Source: an uncultured Planctomycetia bacterium (GTDB lineage Bacteria; Omnitrophota; Gorgyraeia; Gorgyraeales; Gorgyraeaceae). From it: a stretch of 64,000 nucleotides of DNA. The stretch spans positions 74,475 through 138,474 of the forward strand of contig CAYPYS010000002.1 of the NCBI GenBank assembly GCA_964415355.1. The letters are read 5' to 3'. This document shows positions 63,811 to 64,000 of the stretch, piece by piece. The position numbers were made by a program, and so were the translations under genes. The notes beneath the pieces are model-generated. The model ran no database searches, was not told the DNA's origin, and was given only the letters and a program-made list of their open reading frames with translations. Position 1 is the stretch's first letter. Each line of letters begins with the position of its first letter.

Positions 63811-64000
63811 GATGGGCTCCAGGCCTCTTTTAGGTATTTTGGTATTGCGGATGCCTCTTTTGGTCCCACTAGCACTTTCCAGCCAGAGGCGTCTTCGAGT
63901 TTTCCGCTTAAAACTGACACGTAACCAGGTATTATGATCTTTTTGTGTGAGACGGCTTTTTCAGCTTCAAACTTTTTCATGGAATCTGAAATAGATTCCG
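63808..64000 (-). CDS. Partial CDS (C-terminal 64 aa of an unidentified protein; 5' end beyond the window)
   Basis: Manual translation …MKKFEAEKAVSHKKIIIPGYVSVLSGKLEDASGWKVLVGPKEASAIPKYLKEAWSPS*. Stop TAA provided by the R1 arm. Confidence 0.3.

Noticed and set aside
1-64000. Insertion sequence, prophage or integrative element
   Set aside because: No transposase, integrase, recombinase, phage structural gene or tRNA-flanking direct repeat was found. The R1/R2 repeats lack terminal inverted repeats with target-site duplications in the classical sense.

Overview
This is a 64 kb AT-rich (~40% GC) bacterial chromosomal segment with extreme strand bias. About 85 genes are called; all but two (an ExeA/GspA-like ATPase and its partner at 16812-18176) lie on the minus strand, and many overlap by 4 nt (ATGA).

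Gene content is mostly housekeeping:
- Thiamine: thiC, thiE, a PfkB-type kinase, YjbQ.
- Heptose: gmhA and the adenylyltransferase domain.
- Fatty-acid and central metabolism: pfkA, an Asp23-like protein, accC, accB.
- Translation and amino acids: efp, an M24 peptidase, aroQ, aroB, rnc, lepA, lepB, rpe, trpBA, rpsU, tRNA-Gly(CCC).
- Repair and lipids: a DinG-like helicase, plsY, pgsA, ruvX.
- GDP-mannose genes, M16, M48 and M50 peptidases.
- A partial acetyl-CoA-pathway module: AcsE, CdhD, CooC, RACo.

The standout feature is not a gene. A 39-nt palindromic element (R1) occurs 26 times in 64 kb at gene and operon junctions. Its consensus is CTAACTTTACAYTTYAACGTTGTTGAARTGTAAAGTTAG. It carries stop codons in all six frames, and 15 minus-strand genes take their TAA stop from its terminal arm. 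A sub-family with different arm sequence (…AAGTATACAT…ATGTATACTT…) shows double compensatory base changes that preserve the hairpin.

A second, GC-rich 26-nt hairpin (R2, GGATTCCCGC-TTTC-GCGGGAATGACA; GAAA tetraloop on the transcribed strand) occurs 6 times. Where a Shine-Dalgarno sequence is visible (3 of 6 copies) R2 abuts it directly upstream. It creates spurious 'MSFPRKRES' N-terminal ORF extensions.

Other notable points: eight stand-alone PilZ paralogues within 12 kb plus a GAF/HD-GYP phosphodiesterase; a kinase/dCMP-deaminase overlapping pair and a dGTPase; two Lys-rich proteins with C-x2-C-x17-C-x2-C zinc fingers; and an orphan AAA+ ATPase next to the tRNA.

No transposase, integrase or CRISPR array is present.
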